Made by a program: the position numbers and the translations under genes
Part shown: positions 1 to 14,777 of the stretch, piece after piece
How the letters are laid out: every line of letters starts with the position of its first letter
Numbering within the stretch: position 1 is the stretch's first letter
Origin: Octopus vulgaris
Taxonomy: Eukaryota
Reading direction: 5' to 3'
Assembly: GCA_951406725.2 (NCBI GenBank)
Contig: OX597816.1
Span: 81,468,001-81,532,000, forward strand
DNA: 64,000 nucleotides
Notes under the pieces: model-generated
Database searches by the model: none
What the model was told of the DNA's origin: nothing
Seen by the model: only the letters and a program-made list of their open reading frames with translations

Positions 1-1032
1 TGATCAAGGAGATGCTATTTGCTGATGATGCCGCTCTGGTATCACACTCAGAAGAAGGCTCATCAACTGTTTTGAGCAAGTATGTGACAACTTTGGCTTA
101 TTTATCAGCCTCAAGTAGACCAACATCATAGGTCAGGCTACATCGACCATCCCAAACATACATATTGGAGACCACAGACTACAGGAGGTGGAGAAGTTTA
201 CCTATCTTGGCTCTACTGTCACCTACAACCTATCCCTTGATACTGAGCTCAATATACGCATTGGCAAGGCAGCTGCTGTGATGGCCCAACTCTCCAAACG
301 GGCATGGGACAACAATAAGCTGACCAAGACCACGAAAATGAAGATTTACCAGGCATGTGTACTTAGCACTCTACTGTATGGAAGTGAGACTTGGACGCCA
401 TACACACGCCATACGACGCCATACGTCGCCTAAATATTTTTCACCAGCGCTGCCTTCGGAAAATCCTTCGCATCAAATGGCAGAATCATGTCCCCAACAA
501 AGATGTCCTCAAGCAAGCAGGAATACCAAGCATGTTTACACTCCTCACACAAAGACGTATGAGATGGCTTCGACATGTTAGCCGTATGGAAGATGGCAGA
601 ATCCCCAAGGACATACTCAACGGAGAGCTTGTTAGGGTCACTAGGTCTGTGGGAAGACCGTTCTTACGATACAAGGATGTTTACAAAAGGGACATGAATG
701 CCTGCAACATCAATATTACCAACTGGGAAGCAGTTGCCATCAACCGTGGAGATTGGCGACGTACCGTAAAAAAAGGGAACACAAAGGAGTGACATAGAGG
801 GAGAGGAGAAATGGAAAGACAAGAAAAGACGTCAACAAGAAAGTATGACATTACAACCAGCCAGGCAAAGTCTTCGCTACATTTGCGGCACCTGCCAGAG
901 GGAGTGCTTGTCCAGGTTAGGACTACACAGCCACAGCAGGAGATGTATTAGGACATGAAATGTAAAAGCCGGACTAGATTATTTTATGCGCAACTCCATT
1001 GTCTCCCGAGACAAAAAGGATGCCACCAACAA
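1..1032 (+). mobile_element. RTE-clade LINE, 3' part (RT C-terminus, CCHC-like tail, 3' hairpin), degenerate
   Basis: Reads MLFADDAAL, KFTYLGS, KIYQACVLSTLLYGSETW, RRMRWLRHVSRMEDGRIPKDILNGEL across frameshifts/stops; C-terminal YICGTCQRECLSRLGLHSHSRRC; 3' end TTGTCTC-CC-GAGACAA hairpin plus short CAA tail typical of RTE elements. Confidence 0.9.
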
Positions 1033-1294
1033 TATATATGGATTTCGTAGACAGGAACTGAAACAAATCAATCGTATATATATGTATATATGTAAGTGTA
1101 TGTGTCTGTCTTTGTGTCTGTTTCCCCCTCATCACTGCTTCACAACTACTGTTCATTTATTTACATCCACAAAACTTACTGGTTTCACAAAAACAAACTA
1201 ATAGAATAAGTACTAGGCTTATCAACATAAAAAAGCACTAGGCTGTGTCTCATATTTTTGTTTGTTCACTCAGTTGTATCTATCAATTTATCTT

Positions 1295-2501
<1,207 letters not shown>

Positions 2502-2744
2502 ATTTCGGGATGGTCATTTTTTTGCCAAATCAATACACGCACTATATATGTTTTCTTCATTCGTTTATTATGCTAACCGTGAGCGATACGAAAATAATTT
2601 TTGAACTTATCAAACTTCGAGATGGGAAAGGCCTACAAATTATTATTGTTCCTGAACGTTGTCTTTTATACCTATGAATGTGTGTGTCACTTCCCGAGCG
2701 TTAAACTAATACATTTGTTTGTTGTTTACACACCTGTCTTCGTC

Positions 2745-2977
2745 TTCAATTATTACTCAGTAATCTAATTACAAATTTGTACATTAAATTTACATTTATG
2801 TGACATGAGTATAATTTTATCAGAGAGAAAAAAAAGATGTATCTTTGGATGTTATATGTGGACCTATCAATTCATTTCAGAAGACTCTTTTTTTCTCTCT
2901 GAATAAATTATACTCATGTCACATAAATGTAAATTTAATGTACAAATTTTTAATTGAATTATTGAGTATTAATTGAA
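2745..2977. repeat. Foldback inverted repeat, ~92-bp arms (2745-2837 / 2886-2977), ~48-bp spacer
   Basis: AAATTTGTACATTAAATTTACATTTATGTGACATGAGTATAATTT is the exact reverse complement of AAATTATACTCATGTCACATAAATGTAAATTTAATGTACAAATTT; flanks match imperfectly. Confidence 0.9.
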
Positions 2978-3194
2978 ACGGCTGTAAGAAGCGAAGATTC
3001 CAATTTGTTAATTATAAGCAAATATTAACTTTCCTATCTCCATTTTCTTTTCTTGTTTTAAATGGATATAAACTATATGCTTCATATATACCTCTTGTTT
3101 TAAGGGAATTTCGTTCCCCCCAAAATACTAGGTATTGAACCAGTATTTCCTTGGATGCAACCATCCCTTCACGAGGTTAACATATCCTCCAATT

Positions 3195-3231
<37 letters not shown>

Positions 3232-3238
3232 TTATATA

Positions 3239-3278
<40 letters not shown>

Positions 3279-3489
3279 TGCGCGCGTGTGTGTGTGTGTG
3301 CGTGTGTGTGTATTAGAAAATGTGTGATATCCTTGGTACAGTTGGGTATATTTGAAGAAAGAAAAGGATTGACTTCACCGGTAGTTATAATCAATTTAAT
3401 TCACTTTTTTCAATTTTTAGTTGTACAGTATCTGTTTCAACACAGATTTCACATCAGGAATCTTGCAATATAAATTTATATATATATAT

Positions 3490-3945
3490 ATGACTATACA
3501 CCACCATACCACACAACATCACATCACATCACACCACCACGCACACACTAGCACTAACCATTTCCCAGCCCCATACCATCGTCCACACACCTACACAAGC
3601 ACACACGCACACGTCAAGGTAACCAGCCCTCTTCCAAACGCACATACAAGCTCTCTTATACACACGCACGTGCATCTTCATTTTGGGATCACCACTACTC
3701 TATTATCTCCCCTTTCTTCCTAGCTCTCCTGTGTGACACCTCTGTCTGGCATTCGCCATGATAGATCGCTAGCCACTACACATTCTTTATTTTCTCTCCT
3801 TGTTTCTTTCTGTGTTCCTTTCTGTGGAAGAGCGTAGGTTCGAAACATTAAAGACTTTTTCACCTCCCAAGCATTAAACTAATACAGCTGTTTGTTGTTT
3901 ACACCACCTTTCTTCGTCTTTTATTTTCCTTTTTTGTGAATTCTC
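3490..3945 (+). mobile_element. Interspersed repeat, probably Penelope-like pseudo-LTR fragment with degenerate hammerhead motif
   Basis: 3861-3920 is repeated at 2688-2746; contains CTGTGGA-A-GAGC-GTAG-GTTC-GAAAC-ATTA resembling a minimal hammerhead core. Confidence 0.45.
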
Positions 3946-3954
3946 CCTATATAC

Positions 3955-3995
<41 letters not shown>

Positions 3996-3998
<3 letters not shown>

Positions 3999-4068
3999 TT
4001 CTAAAAAGAAGTCTGTAATTGCTTACATTCGCTGCTTGCTTGCGCGCTTGCTTGCGCGCTTGTTTGCG

Positions 4069-4107
<39 letters not shown>

Positions 4108-4554
4108 ATGTTTGCTTGCTTGCGTGCTTGCGTGCTTGCCTGCTTGTTTGCTTGTGTGCTTGCTTGTGTGCTTGCTTGCTAGCGTGCTTGTCTGTAATTT
4201 GATACAGCCAAACTGGCGCATAATGGGAAAAATACTCTGAAAGTAAGGTACCGCTGAAATGTGAATACAAACAGAACAAAACAAATTTCGTGTAAATCGG
4301 ACCAAGGATTCGCGAGATAGGCAGGTTATTTTTTCTTTTTTGGTTTGTTTCCATATATTTAAGTAGTGAACCTCTTTATAAATAGCCAAACCGGCACATA
4401 ATGGGAAAATATTCTGAAAGTAAGGTACCACTGAAATGTGAATACAAACGGAATAAAACAAGTTTCGCGTATATCGGACCACGGGTTCTCGAGATAGGCG
4501 GTTTTTTCGGGTACCTTGAACTATTGGTGACCCAACAGGTTACGGGTAGTCTAG
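3996..4554 (+). mobile_element. Non-autonomous Helitron-like element with (GCTT)n microsatellite and internal ~180-bp tandem units
   Basis: (GCTT)n 4035-4190; repeated unit ACAGCCAAACCGGCGCATAATGGGAAAA...GTAAATCGGACCACGGATTCGCGAG; terminal hairpin GTGACCCAACAGGTTAC then CTAG (4551-4554). Confidence 0.7.
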
Positions 4555-4555
4555 T

Positions 4556-5139
4556 ATACTACTAAAACTCTGTGATTGCTTGCTTGCGTGCGTACTCGTC
4601 TGTAAATTAATACAGCCAAACCGGCGCATAATGGAAAAATACACTGAAATTAAAATACCCCTGAAATGTGAATACAAATGGAATAATATAAGTTTCGCGT
4701 AAATCGGACCACGGATTCGCGAGCTACATGGTTTTTGTGAGTACCTTCATAAACAGCCAAAATGCCGCATAATAGGAAAATACTCCGAAAGTACCATAAC
4801 CCTGAAATGGAAATATATAATACTGTGAAAATTGTTTCCATTAATTTTATGTTGACGTTATATAAGAATTTCCTTAGCATTTTAGTAGAAGTGTGCACAT
4901 ATGCCATAAATAAATACTGTTATTGGAGTTCAAATTTATCCTGGAAGTTCTATTTCTATTAGATGCTATAAATAATCAATAAAACCTTAAACATGAACTT
5001 GAAACCAAACCTATGATGACACGAACGAATTGAAATATTTAACTGAACCATCGTAAAATTAACTTTCATTTCAATGCAATGTTGAAATCAGCTTCAGTAC
5101 CTGAACTGTCAGTGACTCAACGGGTCACGGGTAGTCTAG
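4556..5139 (+). mobile_element. Second tandem copy/relative of the same Helitron-like family
   Basis: Same GCTT start and internal unit; terminal hairpin GTGACTCAACGGGTCAC then GGGTAGTCTAG (CTAG 5136-5139). Confidence 0.7.
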
Positions 5140-5163
5140 TATATATATATATATATATATATA

Positions 5164-5550
5164 CTAGCAGTATCGCCCGGCGTTGCTCAGGTTTGTAAGG
5201 GAAATAACTATAAAGCATCTTTAGAGAGTTATAGCCAAAAAATAGCAAAAAAATGGAAAAAAAATGATGGTAAATTTTTTTTTGAGAGTAAAAAAAGGTT
5301 GAGTTGCGTCCCCTAGACAGTCTGTGGTTTGTTTTTTTTTATTCTCGACCCCATGTCGAATTTATCGATTTTTTTCAGAACTGGGGGAACTTTTCAAAAT
5401 TTTCGCTGCGTTAGTTTTGAATTATGACATTGGGCTATGCGTGTGTCAAGTTTCATCAGAATCGGTTGAAAGCCGTGGTCAGGGTGAGGGTACGAGAAAA
5501 CAGACACACAGAAACACGCACAGACAAACTGCCGTTTATATATAGAGAGA
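5164..5550 (-). mobile_element. Non-autonomous Helitron-like element
   Basis: Minus strand starts TCTCTCTATATATAAACGGCAGTTTGTCTG and ends GCAACGCCGGGCGATACTGCTAG (TC...hairpin...CTAG). Confidence 0.7.
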
Positions 5551-6211
5551 TATATATATATATAAAACTCAACTTGTCTGTCTGTCTGTGTGTCTGTGTG
5601 TTTAACTTCTCGGCACATCTCCTCCAAGCCAACAAATCGTAGAACCACCAAAAATGGGTCACTTAAAGTTTAGGCGAATGAAAATTGAACTACGCTATTT
5701 CTGTTCCGAAATTCATCTCGCAAGTGCAAAAATCGATAATGTGTTTGTTTAAGGCTTTATAGATTATAGATTAAAGTTTGAGCATTGAAGGAGGTAACTC
5801 TAGAAAAACTATCAAAGTTAGGGAGTAGCCTCCCTTGGAAGAAATAATGGCTGAGTGATAGAATGACATAAGATAGCGAGGGGAATGAGAGTGGTGTGAG
5901 GGGATAGGGGAAAGTAAGATATAAAAATGTTTAGTGAAAGGGAAACAAGCAACGAGAAACCATGGAGAATATGAGAAATACTGATCTAAAAGAATAATTC
6001 AACAATGCAATTATTTGATCAACAAATATTTATGAAACGCTTCTACGTACTTCCTATTGAGGAAATGGAACACATAAGCACAAAAATAGAGGGCATTAAA
6101 TGCTTGATTTTAAAACCAAAATAATTGAATTTTGATTGAACTTCATCCAAGTTTAGCTTAATCCGCGCGTGCATAGAACGCACAAGCGCACGAGCCGGGC
6201 AATACTGCTAG
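5551..6211 (+). mobile_element. Non-autonomous Helitron-like element, head-to-head with the previous one
   Basis: Starts TATATATAAAACTCAACTTGTCTGTCTGTCTG; ends GCACGAGCCGGGCAATACTGCTAG before a TA run. Confidence 0.65.
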
Positions 6212-6359
<148 letters not shown>

Positions 6360-6811
6360 CATACATACATACATACATACATACATACATACATACATAC
6401 ATACATACATACTTATAAGAACCCAAATTGAGGGAGTGGAGCAAGTAAAATTCAGGCTACATGTGTTTCCTAGCTAGCAGATCCTCAAATTATATCTTAG
6501 GTGTGTTAATTTGGGATTCCTTATTAACATATGTAGACTCAATTTTACCTGGCCCACTCCCACAATTTGGATTTTTAATCGGATTTATAGCAACTCTAGA
6601 TGCTAACCGTAAGCGATATAAAAAAATCTTTTGAATCTATCAAACTTCGATATAGGAAAGGTCTACTATCTACGCCACCAATAAATTATTATATTATTCC
6701 TGAACGTTGTATTTTATACCTATCACAGACTGCTCGAAGTGACTTCCTTCACTATGAACGTGTGTATATATATATACAGAGAGAGAGAGAGACATTTTCA
6801 GGCAACTGCTT

Positions 6812-8990
6812 ATGATGTGGGTGATATCTTCAGTTTCAACTCCACAATGTCTACATCAGTTGTTACATTTTACTGCTTTTCCTGCATCTCTGTCCCTTTT
6901 GTGCATCAGGTACTTGGTTGATATTTCCAGTTTCTGGATTGCAAACACATACCCTTCAAAGTGGAAGGTAGTAATCCGGCTATTGGTCCATGATAAATTG
7001 CTTTGATGATCGATGTTACTATCATCGCGGAGCTTTCTACAAACATATCCATGCATAGTCTTCTGCTCATATAGGTTCATCCTTTCATCTGATGTCACGT
7101 TGTGGTAGAGTCGTACGACTTCTTTGGGCATGTATTCTAGATTATCAGACGAAGAGTGTTGCTCAAGGAGCTGCCTTCCAAGTCTTATGATATTATCAGC
7201 CTCATGTATGCAAACTTGGTCAAGGGATGCACTTCGACACTCGGTGGTTAAAAGATGTTGCCGAAGAGATATGCTGCGACATTCAAAGGCATTTTTGATC
7301 GATGTTAAGCCTCTGCCGCCTTGCTTTCGTTTTAGGTAGGGCGGTCTACGCCACTGTTTATGTGGAAATTATGTGTGCTTGTTAGTATTTTTCGAGTTTT
7401 CACATCAATGGCTCCGATCTCATCAAGCAGCTCAAATGTTGGTATGAGTACTGGCACCCCAAACATATTGTGGGTCACTGTTTTATTGAATTCAGAGAGT
7501 TCTGTGGTCCAAATTTTCTTTATTTGACTGTAATATTCTTTAGTGACACGTGTTTCGTTACCGGTGCCATTGTAAGATATATTTTCATCCACCCCTAGAC
7601 AGCTGTAACATTCCTCGTTAGATACAGGGGAAGCAGTCAAATCATTGATAGAAATGTTACTAGTCTGGCTTATAGTTTTTTCCCCTTTTCACAACCATAT
7701 AACAACATTTATCCTGATCAAACTCCAATCCTACATCCTTTGAGAATATTGTAACTAAGTCAAGGCTAAGTTATCCACAAAGAAACAGTGTGTAATTTTG
7801 GTATTTCTGTTTCCTTGTGAACCAGTGAGATATCCTTCAGACTTCCTTAACATGAATGACAAGGGGTTTAGAGAAAGTATAAACACCATCACAGAGAGGC
7901 TGTCTCCTTGGAATATGCCTTTGTGAGACTGTATTCTATCGGTGATAATACAGTCTCACTATGTTTCAATGAAGTCAGGTCAGCTATGGCTTTGACTGTT
8001 CTCTAGAACTTTAGCGAGTTAAAGGGCTTCTAGCATCGATGAGTCAAAGGCTTTCTTGTAGTCTGGCCACATTGAAACTAAGTTCCGCCTATGTTTTCGC
8101 CCGTCTGACATCACAGTTTCCCTTCTTTCAAGCTGCTTGTTCTGTGATATTTTTTTTGGTTTCACAATGGTCCTGGAGGAAGAGGTTTAAATATGCTGTA
8201 TATATCTTATTCATTAAGTTCTTGCATGCAAATGGCTGGTAGTTTTTTTGGCATGTGGGTGGTTCTGCATTTGGGGATCAAGTTTATCTTTGCCAGAGCT
8301 AACCAGTGTGGTATACTACTGTTCTCAATGAAAGCTTCCTCAAACGGATTGATAAGAATATTAACTCCTTGTACCAATATCCAGGAATCAAGTCTGTTCC
8401 AGGTGCTTTTCCATCCTGGAGTTTCTGGATCACAGTTGCAAGAGTTTCACCATCAATGTTGTATATCTTGGATGTAACGCAAAAGCAATAACGTTTTCTA
8501 ATTTCTTCTAACCACTGAGCATCTTCGTTAAATTCTTTCTCTTCACTCTAGATTTTCCTCCGGACGGAGTCTATCTCTTCTCATGAAGGAGCTTCGGTGA
8601 TGTTTACTGCTCCTCCTCTCATGTCTCTATATACTTCTGCCCGGTTGCGGTTAAATTTTATGCTTATTGTTCTTCTCTCGGTTATTCTCTTCGAAGTTTT
8701 TCACTAACAGCTTTTAGCTCCTGCTTGAGAGTAATCAGTTTGCAAGTGAATGTCCTCTTTTTGCTGTCTCCAAACATTATTTCTATCTCCTTCTTAGCTT
8801 TCTATAGGTGGGGCGTAGAGTGATTTGCTTGTCTGCATGCAATAAGCATCATTGTATGACTGATGGTCTTCAGTAAACCAGTTATCTTTTTCTCTGTCTT
8901 CATAACGCATGATAGTACTTTCTTTGTTATTTCGGTTTTGTTTACTTTTTTAATATCATTCATATACTATTTTACAGTTGTAGTAAATAC
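6812..8990 (-). mobile_element. Degenerate non-LTR retrotransposon RT, R4/Dong-like (RLE type)
   Basis: Minus-strand fragments GIFQGDSLSVMVFILSLNPLSFML, THCFFVDNL, YSCLGVDENI, KRKQGGRGL, KTMHGY, FEGYVFAIQKLEISTKYL; many stops/frameshifts. Confidence 0.8.
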
Positions 8991-9197
8991 TCATCACCAA
9001 TTTCGTTAACAGCTTTTAATACTGTATCTAATGGAGTTTTTTTTTTTTTACTTACTTAGGTAGCGAATACTCTCTCCTCGAGAGAGTACTTCAAAGCCAA
9101 AGTTATTTTTTCTCGGAAAATTTCAGCAAGGGCACATTTCACAGGAATATAATCCTGACTACCACAACTACAATAATCGTTACGGCTGTACCTACTA

Positions 9198-9493
9198 GTA
9201 TGTATGTATGTTTGTATGTATGTATGTATGTATGTATGTATGTATGTATGTATGTATGTATGTATGTACGTACATATGTATGTATGTATGCATGTATGTA
9301 TGTATGTATGTATGTATGTATGTATGTATGTATGTATGTATGTATGTATGTGTGTGTATGCATGCATGTATGTATGTGTGTGTGTATATATGTATGCATG
9401 TATGTATGTATGTATGTATGTATGTGTGTGTATGCATGCATGTATGTATGTATGTATGTATGTATGTATGTATGTATGTATGTATGTATGTAT
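9198..9493. repeat. (TATG)n compound microsatellite (one of many TA/TG/TATG/CT tracts, e.g. 1305-1407, 6212-6412, 12027-12300, 17120-17378, 17864-17958)
   Basis: Direct inspection; these tracts explain the YIYI/CVCV/MYVC/THTH ORFs. Confidence 0.98.
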
Positions 9494-10069
9494 TGACGCA
9501 GCCAAAGTTATGCCATCTGTCAGACTGGGAGAGGTGTGTTAATGGTCACGCATTTTCTCAGTTTTCCGTATGCTAAGTATTGTTTGACACTTTACTCCGT
9601 ATTTATATTTCAACTGACATACAATTGACATTCGCTTGATTCAGCACAGAAAAAGAAAATGATGAAACATTTGTTGTGACATTTGTGTTTAATGTCGCTT
9701 ACTCTCTGATCCTTAATTTTTGTTATTCTCCTATTATCCTGCCACCCTCCCAGCGTCAGAACATGATAGTACTGCACATGCCAGATAACTATTAGGATGT
9801 GCAGTACAATCTCAGAACAATTTGTCATAACAGGCGACAGAAAAATTAATTTCCTGTTACGATCCATCATTATATTACTGAGTAGGCCTCATCTTAATGA
9901 TGAATTTATTATTTGTGGGTATACACAGCTCACCTAGCATACTTAGAATTATACGTCCTTGGTTATATCCCCTCCATCTATTAGTATGAAATTCAGAATT
10001 GTTCCGATTGCTCTTAGAACAATGATGACCATAGTTTGGGAATTTTACTTGAATAGATAATTAACCAAT

Positions 10070-11075
10070 AAAATCTGTTGGGGGCAAGGATGTCACCTTG
10101 CTTGACACCATTCTCTACAGGAATGTGTCCTGCCATGCTACCACTAACAATGACCCAAGTTTCCATCCCATCATGAAATGATTTAATTATTGATACAAAG
10201 TGATCGGACATCCAAGTTTGCCAAGTATTTTCCATAGCAAAGCCCTATTCACAGTATCAAAGGCCTTGGTTATATCAATGAATACCTGGTCAAGATCCAT
10301 ATTCTGCTCATAGTACTTCTCCTGCATCTGTCTTGCTGTGAAAATCATATCCATTGTCCCTCTATCAGATCGGAAACCACATTGAGATTCAGATAGAACA
10401 ACTACAAGACACCCATTCAGGCGGGTAAGAATATTTGCCAGAACTTTGCCAGCAGCTGATAGTAGAGCAATACCTCTGTAATTATCACACATTTTCTGGT
10501 TCCTTCTCCTTTATAGAGAGGAAGAATAATTGTATCCTTCTAGTCCTTAGGCATTGCACCATCCCTCCATATTATACAAATAAGTTCATGAAGGGACATG
10601 TATGATGTAATCATCACCAAATTGCGAGACATCAGCATAAATTCCATCCCTTCTAGGTGCCCTACCATGGTCCAATTTACTTATTCCTGTCATTACCTCA
10701 TCCATTGAGGGTGTGGAATTTAAGGAGCCAATGGTAGGTTTTTATTGCATAGTATCATTCACTGTTTCATTAACAACTGACTCATGGTTCAGGAATTCAG
10801 AGAAGTGTTCAATCCAGCGACCTGTGATTTCTGTTGATTTAGTAAATAGAATAGAAGACTCCTTAGAAAGCAAAGGAGCCAATGCAGAGCTCATAGGTCT
10901 ACAAACTTGCTTCATAAGATGGTAAAGCTTCTTGCTGTCATTTTCCTCAGCAGCAGCCTGAACATCACGAACAAGATCCTCCCACCAAGTGTTCAGCATC
11001 TTCCTGAGAGATCGCTGCAGCAGTGATTTTACACTGCTATAGTGGGCAAGTGCTAGATTTTGCTGCAACAACAAT
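10070..11075 (-). mobile_element. RTE-clade LINE RT fragment, degenerate
   Basis: CDNYRGIALLSAAGKVLA, SESQCGFRSDRGTMDMIFTARQMQEK, FIDITKAFDTVNR, NGVKQGDILAP. Confidence 0.9.
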
Positions 11076-12027
11076 CCAGTAATTCAGCAACTAACAGTTC
11101 AACAATAACAACACCACATGGAGCACACACACTTTCAACGATTAGCCGGAGATTATTTTTTAAATGAGAATATCTGAAATAAACTCAACTGGTCTCACAA
11201 ACCAGAATACTAAAAATGAACCCGACCACTCTCAGAGATTAAGTAAGAAAACTGGAAAAATAATCCAGAATCTTTGTCCGGTACCGGATCGATCCAAAAA
11301 TCTAACCAGTTCGTGCCAGTCACGAGGCCAAACATCCCTGAAAGTTTCATCCGAATCCATCTGGCGGTTCTTGAGATATCTTGTCCACAGACAAACAAAC
11401 AAACACGACTGAAAACAATAATAAGGTACATAATAAGGTACATAATAATGACAGATACAACTATTCACATAATAATGACAGATACAACTTGTACACGCAC
11501 ACACATACAGACATATATTCACACAGAGTTGAAACGCTGTTTGATTTTTCTTTTCAGCGTTGAATGTTCACCATTCCACTTCCATTGCACACACAGACAC
11601 ACACACACACAAACAAACATTCGCATACCTCATTTTTACGTACACACACATATACTCACACAGAGTTGAAACGCTGTTTGACTTTTTCTTTTACCGTACA
11701 ATTTCCATCATCCCACTACCGAGTTTGCCATCACTCCTACCTTCTTTACTCATTCTGTCACCCCTTCCTTCCTTATTCATCTATCATCCCTTCCTTTCTC
11801 ATACATATGTTGCGACGGCGAAAAACACAAGAGTATTATTATAGTAGATGTTTAAAATTTCCCTCTGCTACGCACTCTCTCCCTCACGCTCGCTCGCTCA
11901 CTCGCTCTCTCTACCTCTTTTTCTCTAACTGCAACAAACTTTTTAACCATGGCATTCCTCCCCTTCACGTCATCATCAATTCTCTCTTTGTCTTTCTCTT
12001 ATCCTTTCACTTCCACTAACGACATGA

Positions 12028-12074
<47 letters not shown>

Positions 12075-12673
12075 TCAATCATACTCTTTTTCTCTCTCTC
12101 ACTCTCTCTTTTCTCCCTCTCTCTCTCACTCACTCTCCGTCTCTCTCTCTCCCTTTCTCTCTCCCTTTCTCTCTCCCTCTCTCTCTCACTCACTCTCCTT
12201 CTCTCTCTCTCCCTTTCTCTCTCTCCCTCTCTCTCTCTCTCTGTCCCTCTCTCCGTCCCTCTCTCTCTCTCTAGCTGTCTCTCTCTCTCTCTCTCTCTCT
12301 TTTCCACTGCCTTTCTTTAACCACACCACCAGGACATCAGCCCTTTGCTAAACATTGTATTTCTCCTCACCACCTCTCTCTCTCTCCCTCTCTCTCTCTC
12401 TCTCCCTCCCTGTATCACTTCCTTCAGCTAATTTTTAACCACGTAACAAATATTACGTTCCTCTTACCTCACGTCGTTGACACTTCTCTCTCCCTCTTCC
12501 TCTCACGCTATTTGCCTTTCCCTTCAACTAATCACGTGTCAGCGTAACGCATTTCGGCTTAGCAAAAGTGCCACGTGAGGTGATGGTTTAATTGCTGACG
12601 ACCTAACCATGCAAGATTGCTTTGGATTACATGTTAACAGTAGCGCTCACTGAGCGAACTGACACACACGTAC

Positions 12674-12742
<69 letters not shown>

Positions 12743-12786
12743 TGGTGTGTACATACATATATACCTACATACATATATACATACAT

Positions 12787-12821
<35 letters not shown>

Positions 12822-13487
12822 CAGCTTGTACTGGAAAGCTACCAGTACAATGTACTTCATTACAATCTGTTACCTGTTCAGGTTGACAGTAATTAAACAG
12901 ACACTTACATGCGATTAAAGTAGTGGTGAGATTTATCGGATGAACACAGTATATTGTCAACAGCTGTCTGGCAATAGCGCGGAGGCCTAAATTCCATGAT
13001 GGTGCCTCGTGTAGTGTAAGGCCATTAGGAATGCAGTACTCTTCAGCTTTCTCTAAGCATGCCTCTAGCAGAAACTTATTCCAGTATAAAGCCCTTCTTC
13101 ACGATACTGTGCAAGCTGTTCTGGGTTGAAATTTTGCATTAGTATTAATGACATATAGCCATAAAATAGTTTCTTCATCAAATGAGGCAATAATGAGTTT
13201 CTATTACTTCAAAGATGGAGATATCTTTTTCAGCGATAGTGCTATCCACTAGATTACTGGAAATAGTCTGATGGACACAGACGCCCTACAAATAGTCCCT
13301 ATCAATTATGAGTGACCAGTTTGGTACAAGTAGTTGATGCATTCAAATTTGCAGAAATAATACACATGGACTACAATACTCAAAAATTTAATGCGATGGT
13401 TCAAAACACAGTAGGAGCCTCACTACGGGAAACCTTTTGCGGTGAGTTTGTTATAACATAAATAAAACGAAAACACTTTTACAGATA

Positions 13488-14777
13488 CGAGGGGCGTTCA
13501 ATAAGTAATGTCCCTGACCCACTTCCCATTGCAGTAGAGCAACGAAACTTAGCACAGTTATTAGTATTTTTCTACATAGAATCACCCAGAGTTACGCATT
13601 TCTCCCATTGTTTGATGCAGCTCTGGAGACCGTTTTTGTAGAAGACCCCAGCTTGGTCCTCCAACCACGACGTGACTTCAGAAATCAAGGCTGCATCATC
13701 TGTGAAACGCTTTCCCTTCAGAAACAACTTCATGGCTGGGAAGAGGTGAAAATCAGAGGGTTCAAGGTCAGGAGAGTAGGGGAGATGGGGAGGAGTTCAT
13801 AGCCGCACGCCTGTGCTTCTGATCTGGCGACACGCGAGTTGTGGACCGGAGCGTTGTCCTGCAGGAGGAGGATGCCTTTGCTGATCTTGCCCCGACTCTT
13901 GATTTTGATAGCTTCTCTTAATTTCCTCAAAAGTGAAGCATAATAGGCTCCTGTAATTGTGGTACCCTTTGCCGGGAAATCTGCCATCACTACTCCGTCC
14001 TGGTCCCAGAAGACTGTGAGCATGTCCTTGCCAGCGAAGGGCTGCACCCTTGCCTTCTTTGGAGGAGGTGAGTCACGGTGCTTCCACTGCATTGACTGGG
14101 CTTTGGTCTCTGGATCATAGTGATGGACCCAGGTTTCATCCTGTGTAATCAGTCTTTTGAAAAATTTTGACTCATCTTCTTGGCACATCTCCAAATTCAT
14201 CCTCGAGCACTCGACGCGTTCTTGCTTCTGGAAAGGTGTGAGCAACCTGGGAATCCATCTGGCAGACACCTTTTGCATATGCAAATGGTCATGAATGATA
14301 GTTTCCACAGACCCGGTACTAATCTTGACCTGATGGCCTATTTGGCGAATTGTTATGCGTCGATCTTCCAAAATGGCAGCCTCAACTTGACGGACAGATG
14401 CCTCATCAATGGCAGAAGAGGGCGACCAGATCTGGGAGCTGTTTCCACAGAGTTCCGACCATGTTTGAATTCACGATGCCAGCGTTTTACAAAGTCATAT
14501 GATGGGGCATCATCACCATAAGTTACTTTCATTTCATCAAATGTCTCCCGTGGTGTGCGTCCTTTCAAATACAAAAACCGGATCACTGCTCGACACTCAA
14601 CAGGCTCCATTTCACACTTGACTCAGTTCAAACACCTGTAAATCAGAAACCACAATTATCTCAGAGCTGTAATTTGCCACGTAATCTATAGAGATATAAA
14701 TAATTGCACAGACAAAATTTCAGCTAGATCAAACAACTGCAAGTGGGTCAGAGGCATTACTTATTGAACGTCCCTCG
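13488..14777 (-). mobile_element. Full-length mariner (Tc1/mariner, DD34D-type) element, 1290 bp, frameshifted transposase
   Basis: TIRs CGAGGGGCGTTCAATAAGTAATG... / ...CATTACTTATTGAACGTCCCTCG, TA duplications at 13486-87 and 14778-79; transposase motifs PRSGRP, WIPRLL, TQDETW, QDNAPVH, PYSPDLEPSDFHLF in three frames. Confidence 0.97.
13570..14610 (-). pseudogene. Mariner transposase, at least two frameshifts
   Basis: ORFs 14353-14610 and 13730-14371 plus C-terminal frame ...PYSPDLEPSDFHLFPAMKLFLKGKRF...WEKCV. Confidence 0.93.
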
